A DNA stretch of 64,000 nt, taken from assembly GCA_963806225.1 (NCBI GenBank), contig CAWDXG010000004.1, positions 3,520,001-3,584,000 of the forward strand, given 5' to 3'. Shown here piece by piece: positions 28,804-41,996 of the stretch. Both the position numbers and the translations under genes were made by a program. Every line of letters begins with the position of its first letter. The first letter of the stretch is position 1. The DNA is from an uncultured delta proteobacterium (GTDB taxonomy: Bacteria; Myxococcota_A; Polyangia; Polyangiales; Polyangiaceae). A model generated the notes under the pieces. That model made no database searches. It was given only the letters and a program-made list of their open reading frames with translations, and was not told the origin of the DNA.

Positions 28804-29814
28804 ATGGTGCGCTACCTCGTTTTCGCGCTCACGCTCTTGACCACCGCCTGCGGCAGCTCGCCGTCGAGCTCGAAGAAGCAGCCCCCCAGCTTCGATTACC
28901 CGCGCGACAGCGAGATCCGCGTCGACCAGATCCAGCTGAAGGCGACGCACAACAGCTACCACGTCCAGAACCCGGACATCACGAACCCGCTTCTGGCCTA
29001 CACGCACGACCCGCTCGAGCAACAGCTCGAGGAGCAGGGCGTGCGCGGCCTCGAGCTCGACGCGCACTACGACTCGAAGCAGGGCGTGTTCGAGGTCTAT
29101 CACATCACGCTGCTGGACGAGGGCACGCGCTGCCGGCTTCTGACCGATTGCCTGCGCACGATCAAGACGTGGTCGGATGCGCATCCGGCGCACCAGCTGC
29201 TGTTCATCCACCTGGAACCGAAGGACAACCCGCCCGCAGACCCGGAGCCGTGGTTCGGGGAGCTGGAGAGCGAATTCCTCTCGGTGTGGCCGCGGAATCG
29301 CATCGTCACGCCCGACGACGTGCGCGGCAGCGCGGCGACGCTGCGCGACGCGGTGGAAAGCCATGGTTTCCCGACGCTGGGCGAAACACGCGGCAAGATC
29401 CTGATCTACATCGACAACCATGCGACGTTCCGCGACGTCTACACACAGGGCGGCAAGGACGTGCACGGCCGGCTGATGTTCTGCGATTCGTCTCCGACCG
29501 ATCCGTTCGCGGCGATCAGCGTCCTGAACGACCCGGTCGCGGATCAACAGCAGATCCTCGACGCGGTGAAGCAACACATGATCGTGCGCACGCGGGTGGA
29601 CAGCGAGGGTGCGCCGCTGCCCGCCGACAGCGGCCCGCTGTTCGACGCGGCTGTCAGCGCTGCGCAGATCGTCACGACGGATTTCCCTTCCGCCGACGAG
29701 AACGGCGGCGGCTACATCTTCAACCTGCCCGGCGGCGAGCCCTCGCGCTGCAATCCGCTGACCGGATCCAAGGACTGCACGGCAGAAGACGTCGAGAACC
29801 CGTCGTTCATGTGA
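28804..29814 (+). CDS. Lipoprotein, Ca2+-dependent PI-PLC-like phosphodiesterase
   Basis: Lipobox TTAC; QLKATHNSYH, GVRGLELDAH, EVYH, HLEPKD, AQIVTTDF. Confidence 0.82.
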   Translation: MVRYLVFALTLLTTACGSSPSSSKKQPPSFDYPRDSEIRVDQIQLKATHNSYHVQNPDITNPLLAYTHDPLEQQLEEQGVRGLELDAHYDSKQGVFEVYHITLLDEGTRCRLLTDCLRTIKTWSDAHPAHQLLFIHLEPKDNPPADPEPWFGELESEFLSVWPRNRIVTPDDVRGSAATLRDAVESHGFPTLGETRGKILIYIDNHATFRDVYTQGGKDVHGRLMFCDSSPTDPFAAISVLNDPVADQQQILDAVKQHMIVRTRVDSEGAPLPADSGPLFDAAVSAAQIVTTDFPSADENGGGYIFNLPGGEPSRCNPLTGSKDCTAEDVENPSFM

Positions 29815-29872
29815 CCGGGATCAAGGCCCGGCGCTGGCGCCGGGCAGGCCGACCGGCGATACTCCGGTCGGG

Positions 29873-31270
29873 ATGGCTCGCGTCTGCACGCTGTTGCTCG
29901 CGTTCGCGCTCGGCGCATGCTCGGGGACGGACAAGACCGCGTCGAAGCCGGCAAGCGGCGGCACTGCGTGGAAACCGGGCATCGTGCTGCCGAGCACGCA
30001 CGCCACGCTGCGCGGATACATCGACGTGCGCGGTCTGATCCACGCGCACTCGGTCTACTCCCACGACGCCTGCGACAACGCTCCGCGCGATCCGGACACC
30101 GGCGCCATCAACCAGACCTGCTTCGACGATTTCCGCCGCGGCATGTGCCAGTCGCAGCACGACTTCATCATGCTGAGCGATCACAACGACACCTTCGGCG
30201 ACACGCCCTTCCCGGACGTGCTGCTCTACAGGAAGGCTCTCGGCGACCAGCTCATCGAACGCGGCGGCCACCCCGTAGCGAATCGCGCCGCCTGCCCGGA
30301 TGGCGGACATCCGGTGATGCTGCTGGCGGGCACGGAATCGAACACGATGCCGGTGGGGCTCGAAGGGCATCTGCCGGGCAGCGTCGATGCGCGCAAGGCG
30401 GTCTACGGCGATCTGTCGGCGGACGCGATCAACCAGTTCAAGGCGGACGGCGCCGTGGCGCTGGTCGCGCACACCGAGAACTGGACCCTCCAGCAGCTGA
30501 CGGATCTGCCGCTGGACGGCTTCGAGATGTACAACCTGCACGCGAACGCGATTCGCGGCGCGGGCGGCGCGCTGTCGTTGATCACCAAGATCAAAAGGCC
30601 CGACGAGCTTCCCCAGTCGGACCTCGTGCTGCTTCCCATATGGAATGAGGATCCGCGCTACATCCAGACCTGGGGCAGCGTGCTGGCGAGCGGCGCGCAC
30701 CGGGTGACGACGATGGCCACCGACTGCCACCAGAACGCCTTCCCGCAGATCCTGCCGGACGGCGAGCGCATCGACAGCTACCGTCGCATGATGGAGTGGT
30801 TCTCGAACCACTTGCTCGTCAGGCCGAAGCCGGACGGCAGCTGGAACGACCAGGACCTCAAGGACGCCCTGCGCGCCGGACGGCTGTACGGCGCCTTCGA
30901 GGTGATGGGCTATCCCGTGGGCTTCGACTTCCACGCGGTCGAGGGCAAGACGGTGCGGGAAATGGGCGAAGAAGCGTCGCTGGCCAACGGGGTGGAGCTC
31001 GACGTCGTCAAACCGCAAGTGGCGGACCTCGACCCGGCGGTCGACCCGCCGCGCATCACGCTCAGGCTGCTCCGCGCCAGGAGCGGCGGCTGGGACGAGA
31101 TCGCCAAGGGCGAACGGGACCTCGCCGTGAAGGTCACCGAGCCGGGGGCCTACCGGGCGGAAGTGCGCATCCTGCCGCACCACCTGAGGGGATATCTTTC
31201 GAGCTACGCGGACCTGGCGGACCAGGACTTCGTCTGGATCTACTCCAACCCGGTCTACGTCGTGGACTGA
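29873..31270 (+). CDS. Lipoprotein with a PHP-like metallophosphoesterase domain
   Basis: Lipobox LGAC; GLIHAHSVYSHD, SDHN, AHTE, TDCH; C-terminal YRAEV...WIYSNPVYV. Confidence 0.78.
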   Translation: MARVCTLLLAFALGACSGTDKTASKPASGGTAWKPGIVLPSTHATLRGYIDVRGLIHAHSVYSHDACDNAPRDPDTGAINQTCFDDFRRGMCQSQHDFIMLSDHNDTFGDTPFPDVLLYRKALGDQLIERGGHPVANRAACPDGGHPVMLLAGTESNTMPVGLEGHLPGSVDARKAVYGDLSADAINQFKADGAVALVAHTENWTLQQLTDLPLDGFEMYNLHANAIRGAGGALSLITKIKRPDELPQSDLVLLPIWNEDPRYIQTWGSVLASGAHRVTTMATDCHQNAFPQILPDGERIDSYRRMMEWFSNHLLVRPKPDGSWNDQDLKDALRAGRLYGAFEVMGYPVGFDFHAVEGKTVREMGEEASLANGVELDVVKPQVADLDPAVDPPRITLRLLRARSGGWDEIAKGERDLAVKVTEPGAYRAEVRILPHHLRGYLSSYADLADQDFVWIYSNPVYVVD

Positions 31271-31364
31271 CCCGTTGACGCAGCGCGCCAGCGACCCTGG
31301 CGGCCGACCGCCGCCCGCGCGTCCGGGTCCGCCCCGGGGCCGGACGGCAACCGTTGCAGGCGCG

Positions 31365-31394
31365 TTGACAGCGTGGACCGGGCCAGCGTACCGT
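31365..31394 (+). promoter_or_regulatory. Candidate sigma70 promoter for the HEAT lipoprotein/FHA-EBP operon
   Basis: TTGACA-N18-TACCGT. Confidence 0.5.
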
Positions 31395-31496
31395 CCGCCA
31401 ACGTCGAAAACTTGAGGGAATCGTGGGCCTTTCCGCGCCTCGGGTCTCGACACGACGGGTCAGCCGGTGAAACAGCCGCCCTCGGGAGGAATCTGC

Positions 31497-33257
31497 ATGC
31501 TCCGCTCCTCACGCGTCACAGCGTCGCTCATCCGCCACTTGATGCTAGGTACCGCCGCCACCGTGGCCACCGCCACGCTCGCGACCTCGCTCATTGGCTG
31601 CAAGGACGAAAGCCAACCCGGGTACTGGGTCGACAAGCTCCAGGACCAGTCCTGGCGGCCCCGGGCCATCAAGCGCCTCCAGCAGTTCTTCGAGGACGCC
31701 AGTACAAAAGCCGGAGGCGACAACAAGAGCCCTGGAGTGCAGAAGCTCTTGAACAAGATCGCCGTGCCGCTGACCAAGACGTATGTCGATCACTACGCTG
31801 ATCTGGACACCAAGACGCGCGTCACGCTGATCAAGCTGCTCGCGGATCTCCGCGACAAGCGTGCCGAGCCTGCGCTGAAGAAGGCCTTCGAGGAGTTCGC
31901 CAAGCGTCCGGCCACGAGCAAGGACGACCAGGACATCAAGTGGGCGGCTCGCGCGCAGACGGATCTCAAGCTCGATTCGCTCGCGGACCCGCTGCTGCAG
32001 GCCTTCCTGAAGCTGAAGGCGCACACCATGCTGGGCGGCATCAGCTACCGCGACATGAACGAGGCGATGCTGGCCGAACCGGAGAAGTCGTGGTCGGGCC
32101 CGCTCATCACGTTGCTCGGTGCCGAGATCAAACCGCCCAAGAACGCCAAGGATCACGACGCGGTGGACAACTACCGTGACCAGCTGTTCTGGCAGACCAC
32201 GTCCGCCGAGGTGCTCGGCCAGCTGAAGGATGCCAGCGCGGTCCAGCCGCTGATGAAGGTGATGCTCGACCCCTCCAAGGGCGACGTGCAGGCGACGGCG
32301 GTTCTCGCGCTCGTGAAGATCGGCCAGCCTGCCGTGGACGCTGCGGTCAAGCTCCTGCAGGACAAGGACGACAAGCTCGCCGCGTTCGCGCTCCGCCGCA
32401 TCAAGGAAGTCACCGGCGCGAAGAAGGAGCCGAAGAACCAGCCGTACATCCAGACGGCCGCGCTCATCCTCGGCACCATCGGTCGTCCGTCTGCCCTGCA
32501 GCCGATGATCGACGCGCTCGGGAACACGAAGAACGAGACGAACAAGGCGGTCATCGCGCGCGAGATCACGAAGATCCCCGCCACGCCGGAGTCGAAGAAG
32601 GCGTTCGAGCAGGCCTACGAGTCGATCTCGATCGACACGGTCCTGCCGCCGCAGGGCAACAGCGCGCTGCAGGCGCTCACCGAAGCGGCAAGCTCGTTCT
32701 ACGACCCGGGCATGGTCGACTGGCTGCTCGGCCGCGCCGAGAACACCAAGGGCGGCGCCGAGGACAAGAAGGCGCTGCAGGGCACGATCACCGTCACGGT
32801 GCTCAAGCTCGTGAAGCCGGACCAGCTCGGCAAGGCCAAGGGGGCCGTCGACAAGTACGGCACGAAGATCGAGAAGGACGCCTACGCGCACACCGACAAG
32901 ATCCTCAAGGCGTGCGGAGAGCGGGTGTCCTGCTACCTGGCCGCGATCGAGAAGAGCGAGAACCAGGAGCAGAAGTCGCAGTTTGCCGGCATCAAGGCGG
33001 GCTACATGATCGGCATCCTGGGCAACGAGCAGACGGTGGACGAACTGGTCAAGCGGCTCGGCTCGATCGACAACGCCGCGGTCCGCTACACCGCGTCGCA
33101 GAGCATCGACCATCTGCTGCCGAAGGGTTCGACCAAGGTTGCCGACGAGCTCGAGAAGATCATCGACAAGAACCAGAAATCGGCCGACCGCGACAAGATC
33201 ATGGGTGACGCGCCGCTCAAGCAGGTGATGTACCGCATCCGCACCCGGGCGCAGTAG
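31497..33257 (+). CDS. HEAT-repeat lipoprotein
   Basis: GGAGG SD before ATG 31497; lipobox LIGC; HEAT-like units (SAEVLGQLKDASAVQPLM, ALVKIGQPAV, LILGTIG). Confidence 0.82.
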   Translation: MLRSSRVTASLIRHLMLGTAATVATATLATSLIGCKDESQPGYWVDKLQDQSWRPRAIKRLQQFFEDASTKAGGDNKSPGVQKLLNKIAVPLTKTYVDHYADLDTKTRVTLIKLLADLRDKRAEPALKKAFEEFAKRPATSKDDQDIKWAARAQTDLKLDSLADPLLQAFLKLKAHTMLGGISYRDMNEAMLAEPEKSWSGPLITLLGAEIKPPKNAKDHDAVDNYRDQLFWQTTSAEVLGQLKDASAVQPLMKVMLDPSKGDVQATAVLALVKIGQPAVDAAVKLLQDKDDKLAAFALRRIKEVTGAKKEPKNQPYIQTAALILGTIGRPSALQPMIDALGNTKNETNKAVIAREITKIPATPESKKAFEQAYESISIDTVLPPQGNSALQALTEAASSFYDPGMVDWLLGRAENTKGGAEDKKALQGTITVTVLKLVKPDQLGKAKGAVDKYGTKIEKDAYAHTDKILKACGERVSCYLAAIEKSENQEQKSQFAGIKAGYMIGILGNEQTVDELVKRLGSIDNAAVRYTASQSIDHLLPKGSTKVADELEKIIDKNQKSADRDKIMGDAPLKQVMYRIRTRAQ

Positions 33258-33312
33258 GCACCGGGTCGCACTCGCCGGCTCCGCGGCAGCCCCGGCCGCG
33301 GAGCGGCGCACC

Positions 33313-35283
<1,971 letters not shown>

Positions 35284-35314
35284 CGCGTCCTCCAGGCCGG
35301 CTGTTCACGGCGCT

Positions 35315-36793
35315 TCAGCGCTCGGTGGAAGCTCTGGGCTTGGGGCGACCGTCTTCCGGCAGCTCGTGGGAATAGGTGATGATCCCTTTCCGCTTGTCGT
35401 CGATCACCATGCGGCAGCGATTAGGCAGAGTTCCGTGCGTTCCTCCGTCCAGCGTGCACACGGCTTTCTGCTTCTCGTCCTCCGACGCGAAGCAGTCGCA
35501 AGACTGGTCCGGCTTCGCTTTGAAGCAGGGCGTATCGGGAAGGACGGCGTAATGCCGGCGCTTGGCGGCGAGCGTCACCCGCGCCGGTAGGCTCCCCTGG
35601 GCGTAGCTCGCCGCGAGTAGCGCGTGCGGCCAGTCTTGTTGCGTGTGGCGCCAGCCGTTCCGATCCAGGGCGCGAGCACGCACCTTGCCGGGGATCTTCT
35701 GGTCAAGCTCGGCCTGGGTACAGAGATGCTGGTTCTTGTCGCTGCCGCAGTCGTAGCCCAGTCTGCACCAGTTCTGGTCCAGGCGCTGGGTCACGCCCTC
35801 GCAGTGCGTGCGCGTCAGTGCGAGCACCTGCAAGACCCCCACCTCGTAGGCACCCCCCGGGTATGACCGGGCAGGAGCACGTTCCAGGATGTCGCAGGCC
35901 AACGCGCCCACCTGATCGGCGTGCAGAAGCGCCAGGCGAGCCAGCAGCACGACCAGCACGAGCTCTGCCTCCGCGGGCGCGCCAACCAGCTGCTTGGCGC
36001 GCGCAAGGTAGACCGGCTTCAAGTCGGTATCGAGGGAAGGCACATGCCACAAGGCCCGGCGGATCAAGTCGAGAGGCGGCCGCTCCTGCTCGAGTCGCTC
36101 GCGCAGCCCGGCGTCCAGTTTCTTCCGCGCGGCAGCGGACAGGAGCTCGTAGCCGAGCTCCCAACCGTCGTACGCTTTCGAGTTCTTCCTGTCCTCGTAG
36201 GCAAGCTCCGGGAACGGAGGATACGAAAAGTCCGACGCTTGCAGCAGCAGCTTGCCCAGCGCCGCGTCGCCACCTCGCAGCTTCACTTCCCGGTACACGT
36301 GCGAGGGAGCCGGGGTCACCTCGTTGAGCAAGCAGTGGAGCAATCGTGGCGCGACGGCCGGAAGCGCCGGCATATGCGCGAAGTCTGGCCTGGGACCCGA
36401 ACCGAGCACGCTGCCACAATAGGGGAGCGCATACGGCCCACTCTTCGCCAGATACGCCAGGCTCCAGGGCTTCGACGGCTCGCAGCGATAGGCGACCGCT
36501 TCCTTCGTAGCAGCGAGCTCGGGGTGCGGTTCCCAGCAGCCCGCGTCGAAGCTGACGCTCGGCTTCTGCTGGACCGTGATGATTCCACTCTCGGAAAGGC
36601 CGCCCAGGCGCCCGCCCCCGGTGAAACGTCGCTGGTACTCCCATTTGATCGGGAGGGGATCGTCCAGCGTCGCCACCGTCTTGGTCTTGTTGCAGCACTG
36701 CACCAGGCTGGCGCCGACGACCATCGCCGCGAGCAGCGCGTCGCGACGCGGAACGGCGCGCCGACGCGTGCACTCCCTCGTGCCAGCCACCAC
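35315..36793 (-). CDS. Hypothetical Cys-containing exported protein or lipoprotein
   Basis: 492-aa ORF filling the gap; signal RRDALLAAMVVGASLVQCC; no recognised family. Confidence 0.65.
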   Translation of the reverse strand: MVAGTRECTRRRAVPRRDALLAAMVVGASLVQCCNKTKTVATLDDPLPIKWEYQRRFTGGGRLGGLSESGIITVQQKPSVSFDAGCWEPHPELAATKEAVAYRCEPSKPWSLAYLAKSGPYALPYCGSVLGSGPRPDFAHMPALPAVAPRLLHCLLNEVTPAPSHVYREVKLRGGDAALGKLLLQASDFSYPPFPELAYEDRKNSKAYDGWELGYELLSAAARKKLDAGLRERLEQERPPLDLIRRALWHVPSLDTDLKPVYLARAKQLVGAPAEAELVLVVLLARLALLHADQVGALACDILERAPARSYPGGAYEVGVLQVLALTRTHCEGVTQRLDQNWCRLGYDCGSDKNQHLCTQAELDQKIPGKVRARALDRNGWRHTQQDWPHALLAASYAQGSLPARVTLAAKRRHYAVLPDTPCFKAKPDQSCDCFASEDEKQKAVCTLDGGTHGTLPNRCRMVIDDKRKGIITYSHELPEDGRPKPRASTER

Positions 36794-36877
36794 CGGATCC
36801 TTGTACCACGGGAACGCCGAGCGCTGGCCGCCCCCACCCCGATCCCCCTTGTCGTCTTCAAGGCTTCCCGTTCGATC

Positions 36878-37462
36878 CTACCCCGCCAACTTTCCGAGCT
36901 CGTCGAGGACGAGCTTTGCGTTCTGTCGCGGATCGACGTTGGGCATCACCTTGGCGATCCTGCCCTGCTTGTCGATGATGAACGTGTAGCGCATGTCGTG
37001 CCCGTTCTTGACGGGGACGCCGTAGGCCTTCGCGATCCTGTGCTCGGTGTCGGGCAGCAGGCGGAAGGTCAGGTCGTTCTTGCTGGCGAAGGCGCGGTGC
37101 GAGACGTTGTCGTCGGCCGAGACGCCGAGCACGACCGCCTGCTGCTTCTTCAGCGCCACCTGGGCGTCGCGCAGCCCCTGTGCCTCGGCGGTGCAGCCCG
37201 GCGAGTCGTCCTTCGGGTAGAAGTACAGAACGACAGGCCGGCCCTTGTACCGCGAGAGCTCTACGCGCTCGCCGGTGTGGGCCACGGCTTCGAGCGCCGG
37301 CGCCGGATCGCCGGCCGCGAGCGGCTTGTCGGGGCTCCTCAACTGGTGCGCCTGGACCACGGCCGACGGCACCGCCGGCGGCTGTTGCTGGGGCTTTTCT
37401 TGCTTCTTGCAGGCTACCAGGGCGAGGGCCGCGCAGCCGATCAGGACGAGTCGCGTTGCCAT
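36878..37462 (-). CDS. Lipoprotein peroxiredoxin, BCP/PrxQ family
   Basis: Lipobox LVAC; VVLYFYPKDDSPGCTAEA, LGVSAD, RYTFIID. Confidence 0.9.
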   Translation of the reverse strand: MATRLVLIGCAALALVACKKQEKPQQQPPAVPSAVVQAHQLRSPDKPLAAGDPAPALEAVAHTGERVELSRYKGRPVVLYFYPKDDSPGCTAEAQGLRDAQVALKKQQAVVLGVSADDNVSHRAFASKNDLTFRLLPDTEHRIAKAYGVPVKNGHDMRYTFIIDKQGRIAKVMPNVDPRQNAKLVLDELGKLAG

Positions 37463-37516
37463 GGGGCGAACCTTGAACAGGATCCGCCCACGCGCAACCC
37501 GTTCGATCGCCGAAAG

Positions 37517-40500
37517 CTACTGGATCCCGTACTCGCGGAGGCGGCGGTAGAACGTGCGGCGCGGGATACCGCTCAGCTCGGCCGCCTTGACGCGGTTCCA
37601 GTTGCAGGCCCTGAGCGCCTCGAGGATGCGCTCGCGCTCTTCGCGACGGTGCTGCGAGAGCGTGCTGCGCCGGCGCCGGACCGTACGCGAACCGCTCGGT
37701 TCGGTCGTCCGCGGCTCGCTGGAAGCCGCAGGGGCCCTGGACACCGGCGCCAGGCCGTCCGGAAGATCCGAGATCGGCCGCTTCCAGCTCCGGTCGATCG
37801 CTGAGCACCCACGCGTTCAAGAGAACGTGCTCGAGCTGCCGGACGTTGCCGGGCCAGTCGTAACCGGCGAGGCGGCGCATGGCGTCGCGCGTCAGCTTCT
37901 TCCGGTCGCGCTTGTAGCGCGCAGCGAAGAGCCCCAGGAAGTGGTCGACCAGCTGCGCGATGTCCTCGGGCCGCTCGCGCAGCGGAGGCAGTCTGAGCTC
38001 GACCACGTGGATGCGGTAGAACGAGATCCTCGCGGAACTGACCGGCTTCGACCAGCTCCGACAGCTCGCGGTTGGTCGCGAACAGAAGACGCACATCCAC
38101 CAGCTCTTCCCGCGTGCCGCCGACGGGGCGCACCCGGCGCTCCTGCAGAACGCGCAGCATGCCCGCCTGCATCTTGTGCGGCATCTCCCCGATCTCGTCG
38201 AGCAGCACGGTGCCGCCCTCGCCCTCGCGGAACAGCCCCTTGCGGTCCCGGTCGGCGCCGGTGAACGCGCCCTTCACGTGGCCGAACAGCTCGCTCTCCA
38301 GCAGGTTCTCGGGGATCGCACCGCAGTTGACGCCCAGGAAACGCCCGCTCGCCCGCAGCGACGCGTTGTGGATGGCGCGCGCCACGACCTCCTTGCCCGT
38401 CCCGCTCTCGCCGGTGATGAGCACGGGAACGTCCGTGTCCTTCACGCGCTCCATCAACGCGTACACGCGTCGCATGGCCTCGCTGGTACCGACCAGCCCC
38501 TGGTAGCCGAAGTGGCCGAGCAGCGTGTCGCGCGCGTCGCGCAGGCGCTTGCGCGCGCGCTTCAGCTTGGCGGTGCGGTCGCCGAGCAGCTCGCGCAGCC
38601 GCTCCTGCGCCTCGTACAGCTCGGCATTCGCGACCTCCAGCTCGTCGGCGCGCCGGCGGTTCTCGCCCACCAGGCGCGCCGTCTCGATCGCGATCGCCAC
38701 CTGGTCAGCGAAGGCGCGCAGCGTCGGCAGCTCGCGCTGGAAGTGCTGGCCCGGGCGCACGCGCGTTTCGACGTAGAGCGCGCCGATGGGCGCACCGGAC
38801 GGCGCCGCGATCGGCACGCAGGCGACGGACTGCAACATCAGCTGGTGCACCGAGGCGTAGCTCTTCATGCGCGCGTCGTCGCGTGCGCTCGAGGTCACGA
38901 TCGGCTCACCCTTCGCAATCACGTCCTCGGCGATGGACCGCGAGAATTCGGCATGCGGCTCGTCGCCGGCGCGCGAGCGCGACGTGTGCACCGTGAGCGT
39001 TCCGTCGTCCTCGCACAGCAGGACGAAGCCGCGCTCGGCGCGCAACAGCTCCACGGCGTGGTCCGTAACGCGCGCGGTGAGGCGACCGAGGTCGAGCTCC
39101 CCGGCCAGCTCGGCATTCACCTCGAGGATGCGCGCGAGCCGCTGTTCGAGCGGCGTGCTGGTCATGCTGGAGATGCTGGGCGGACCAGGCGACGCCAGCG
39201 TACTCGGCGCGTGGGGCGTGGTGCCCAGTCTATCGGACTGCGGGCGCACGTCGAACGGCGCCTGGTCCGTCGCCGCGTTCGCGATGGAAACCTGCACCGA
39301 GGCGCGCAGCAGACGGCGGCGAGGATCGTTCCAGTACACCTCCCGGAGGTCGCGCGGCAGGCGCGCTCCGATCCCCTCCAGCGTCGCCAGCGCCTCCTCA
39401 CGATCGCGACGCGCCAGCAGCGGCTGGCCGCCGGCTTCCTCCAGCTCGGCGCGCGCCTCCAGCGCCCTCCACACCCATTCGCGTTCCTTGCTGTCGCGGG
39501 CCGCGGCCAGCGCTTCATCCAGACGCGAGCGCGCCAGGGTCTCGTCGCCCGCCAGCAATGCGACACGTGCCGTCGCCAGCAGCAACAGCGGTCGGTGCGC
39601 GGCGGCGGAACCGAGATCCTCGCGGGCTCGCTCCAGCTGGCGCCTGAGCGCTACCACGTCCGGATTGATCCCCCGCGCCGCGACCAGCACGCCCTCGAGG
39701 CGCACCTCGGACGAGTCCACGCTGCGCCCGAGCGCGTCGTACGCCGCAGCGCACGCTTCGTATTCGCGCGCCGCCTGCTCGATGTGCCCGAGCCGCCCCG
39801 AGAGCTCCGCCCCGAGACCGGCCAGCTGGGCCCGCATCACCGGCGGCAGTTGCGAGCGCTGCGCGTCGAGCGCCTCGATGCTTTCCCGCGCACGCGACAG
39901 CCGCCCGAGATACAGGTCGGTGTTGGCGAGGTTCAGGAGCGCATAGCGAGTCGTGGAGCGGCGCCCGGAGCGACGCCCCATGTCGACCGCCGCCTCGAAG
40001 TGTTCGATGGCGCCGGCAATGTCGCCCCCCATCTTCTGCAGGCCGGCGAGGTTGAGTTGCAGCGTGGCCAGGAGACCGGCTTCGCTGGCGCGTTCGGCGG
40101 CCGAGATACCGCGCTCGTAGGCGGAGCGAGCCGGTTCGATCCGACCGGTGCGCTGCAGCGCGAGGCCCAGGGTCGTGAGCGCTACGGCTTCGACGCGCGG
40201 CGCATCCCGGGCCTGCTCGACCGAGCGCTCCAGTACGGCGATCGCCTCGTCGTGCTGTCCCAGGAAGGACAGCGCGAGACCCTGGTAGGCCAGGGCCTCG
40301 GCGCCGAGCGCTCCCGCCTTTCCGACCAGCGGCTCGAGCAGCTCGAGCGCCCGGGCGTACTCGCCGGTGCCAACGTGGGCGCGCGCGAAAACCAGAGCCC
40401 AGGTCAGCGCCGCGTCGGAGCCGGGCTCGCGTTCCGCCAGCGGCTGGACGCTCCGCAGACGCTCGAGCGCGGCGGGCGCTTCGCCCAGGCCGAGATCCAG

Positions 40501-41982
40501 CCGCGCGCGGGCGACGGCCAGAAGCAGGGAATCGTCCGACGCAGGAAGCGCATCGAGCGCGGTTCGTGCGTCGTTGAAGCGCCCGCGGTCGAGGAAGAAC
40601 AGGGCGCGCTCGAGCGGATCGGCGGGCAGCGAGGAGGGCACGCCCGCTTCGTCCTCGGCGATCACGCGTTCGAAGTCCTCGTCGGACGCCACCGCCGCGG
40701 AGGCGAGACGATGCACCAGACGGCGCAGCTCGCCCGGACGGCAGCGCGAGTGGTCCAGAACGCGCTCGAGCAGATGGTCGGTGAGCGAGGGAATGCTGCG
40801 GCGCACGAGATCCGCAGCGGCATGCCGCTCGAGCGGCGGCACCTCGAACCGGCGCGGGTCGTCGCCGAGCCACGCGCCCGAGACGGTCACGATACACGCT
40901 CCGGCAGCGCAGAGCTCGAGCAGCGCTGCGACGCTGGCGCGGTCGAGCGCATCGGCGTCATCCACGAGCATCGTCAGACCGGCGGCGTCCGCGTGGGCAC
41001 CGAGCTCCGCCTGGATCGCAGCGGGGTTGCCCTTCAGTGACTCGTCGATCCAGAGCAGCCGGCCGCCCTCGATGCCGAGCGACCACGCAACCCGCCGGAG
41101 CAGCGTGGTCCGACCGGAGCCGGCCGGTCCCTCGATGGCGAGCGCGGCGCCGGGAGAGAGCGCGTCCACCGCCGCGAGCAGCTGCGCCGAGGTGCGTTCG
41201 ATGCCGACCACGGGCCACGGCGCCTGATCGGCGGCATGGTCCTGCTCGCCGGCGAGGTGCGCTACGCGGCGCAGGGCACTGGCAAACTCGTCAGCTGAAG
41301 GAAAGCGCGCGCTCGGGTCCTCGGCGGTTGCGCGCCCGACGACAGCGGACAGCTCCCGGCGCAAGCGCGGCTCCAGCCGCTTCTTCATCGCGCGCACGGC
41401 ATCGTCGAGAGCGACACCGAGCGCGTACACCTCTGCTCTCACCGTCAGCGGTCCACCTTCGAACAGCTCCGGCGCGGCGTACTTGGGCGTCAGCCCTTCC
41501 GCCGGCGCGCCCGATTCCTGCCACGGCGCAGCCAGACCGAGATCGACCAGCGTGGCGCGTCCGTCCGGCTCGACGATGATGTTCGCGGGCTTCACGTCTC
41601 CGTGCAGAAGCCCGGCCCGGTGCAATACCGTGAGCTGCTCGGCCGCACGCGCGAGCGCGTCGAGGGCGCTCTCCCCGCCGCGCTCGATCAGCGCGTGCAG
41701 GCTCTCGCCCTCGACCAGCTCGCGCAGCATGAACGGCCGCCCACTGCCCGGCAGCCTCCCGAAGCGCACGACCCGGGGTACCCCGAGTCCCTCCAGACCG
41801 GAGAGCGCGACGGCTTCGCGCACCAGCGCCGCCATCTCCCGCTCGCTCGCCTCTTCGGCCAGCACCTTGAGCGCCAGGCGAGCGTCGGTGTGCCGATCCC
41901 GGACCACCCAGACTTCCCCGCCGCCGCCTTTGCCGAGTTCCGACAGCGGCTCGTAGCGTGCAGGTAGCTCGAGCTCGGGCAC
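37517..41982 (-). CDS. Ser/Thr kinase - P-loop NTPase - TPR - GAF - sigma54 AAA+ - HTH fusion (about 1487 aa), with +1 frameshifts at about 38022 and 37769
   Basis: [31 protein letters not shown] and LVDD; TPRs; [26 protein letters not shown] and AADL|DLPD junctions; [23 protein letters not shown]. Confidence 0.9.
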
Positions 41983-41996
41983 GCCCCTCCTTCAGG

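Noticed and set aside
38176..41040. 954-aa + strand ORF
   Set aside because: Antisense shadow of the kinase-EBP gene.
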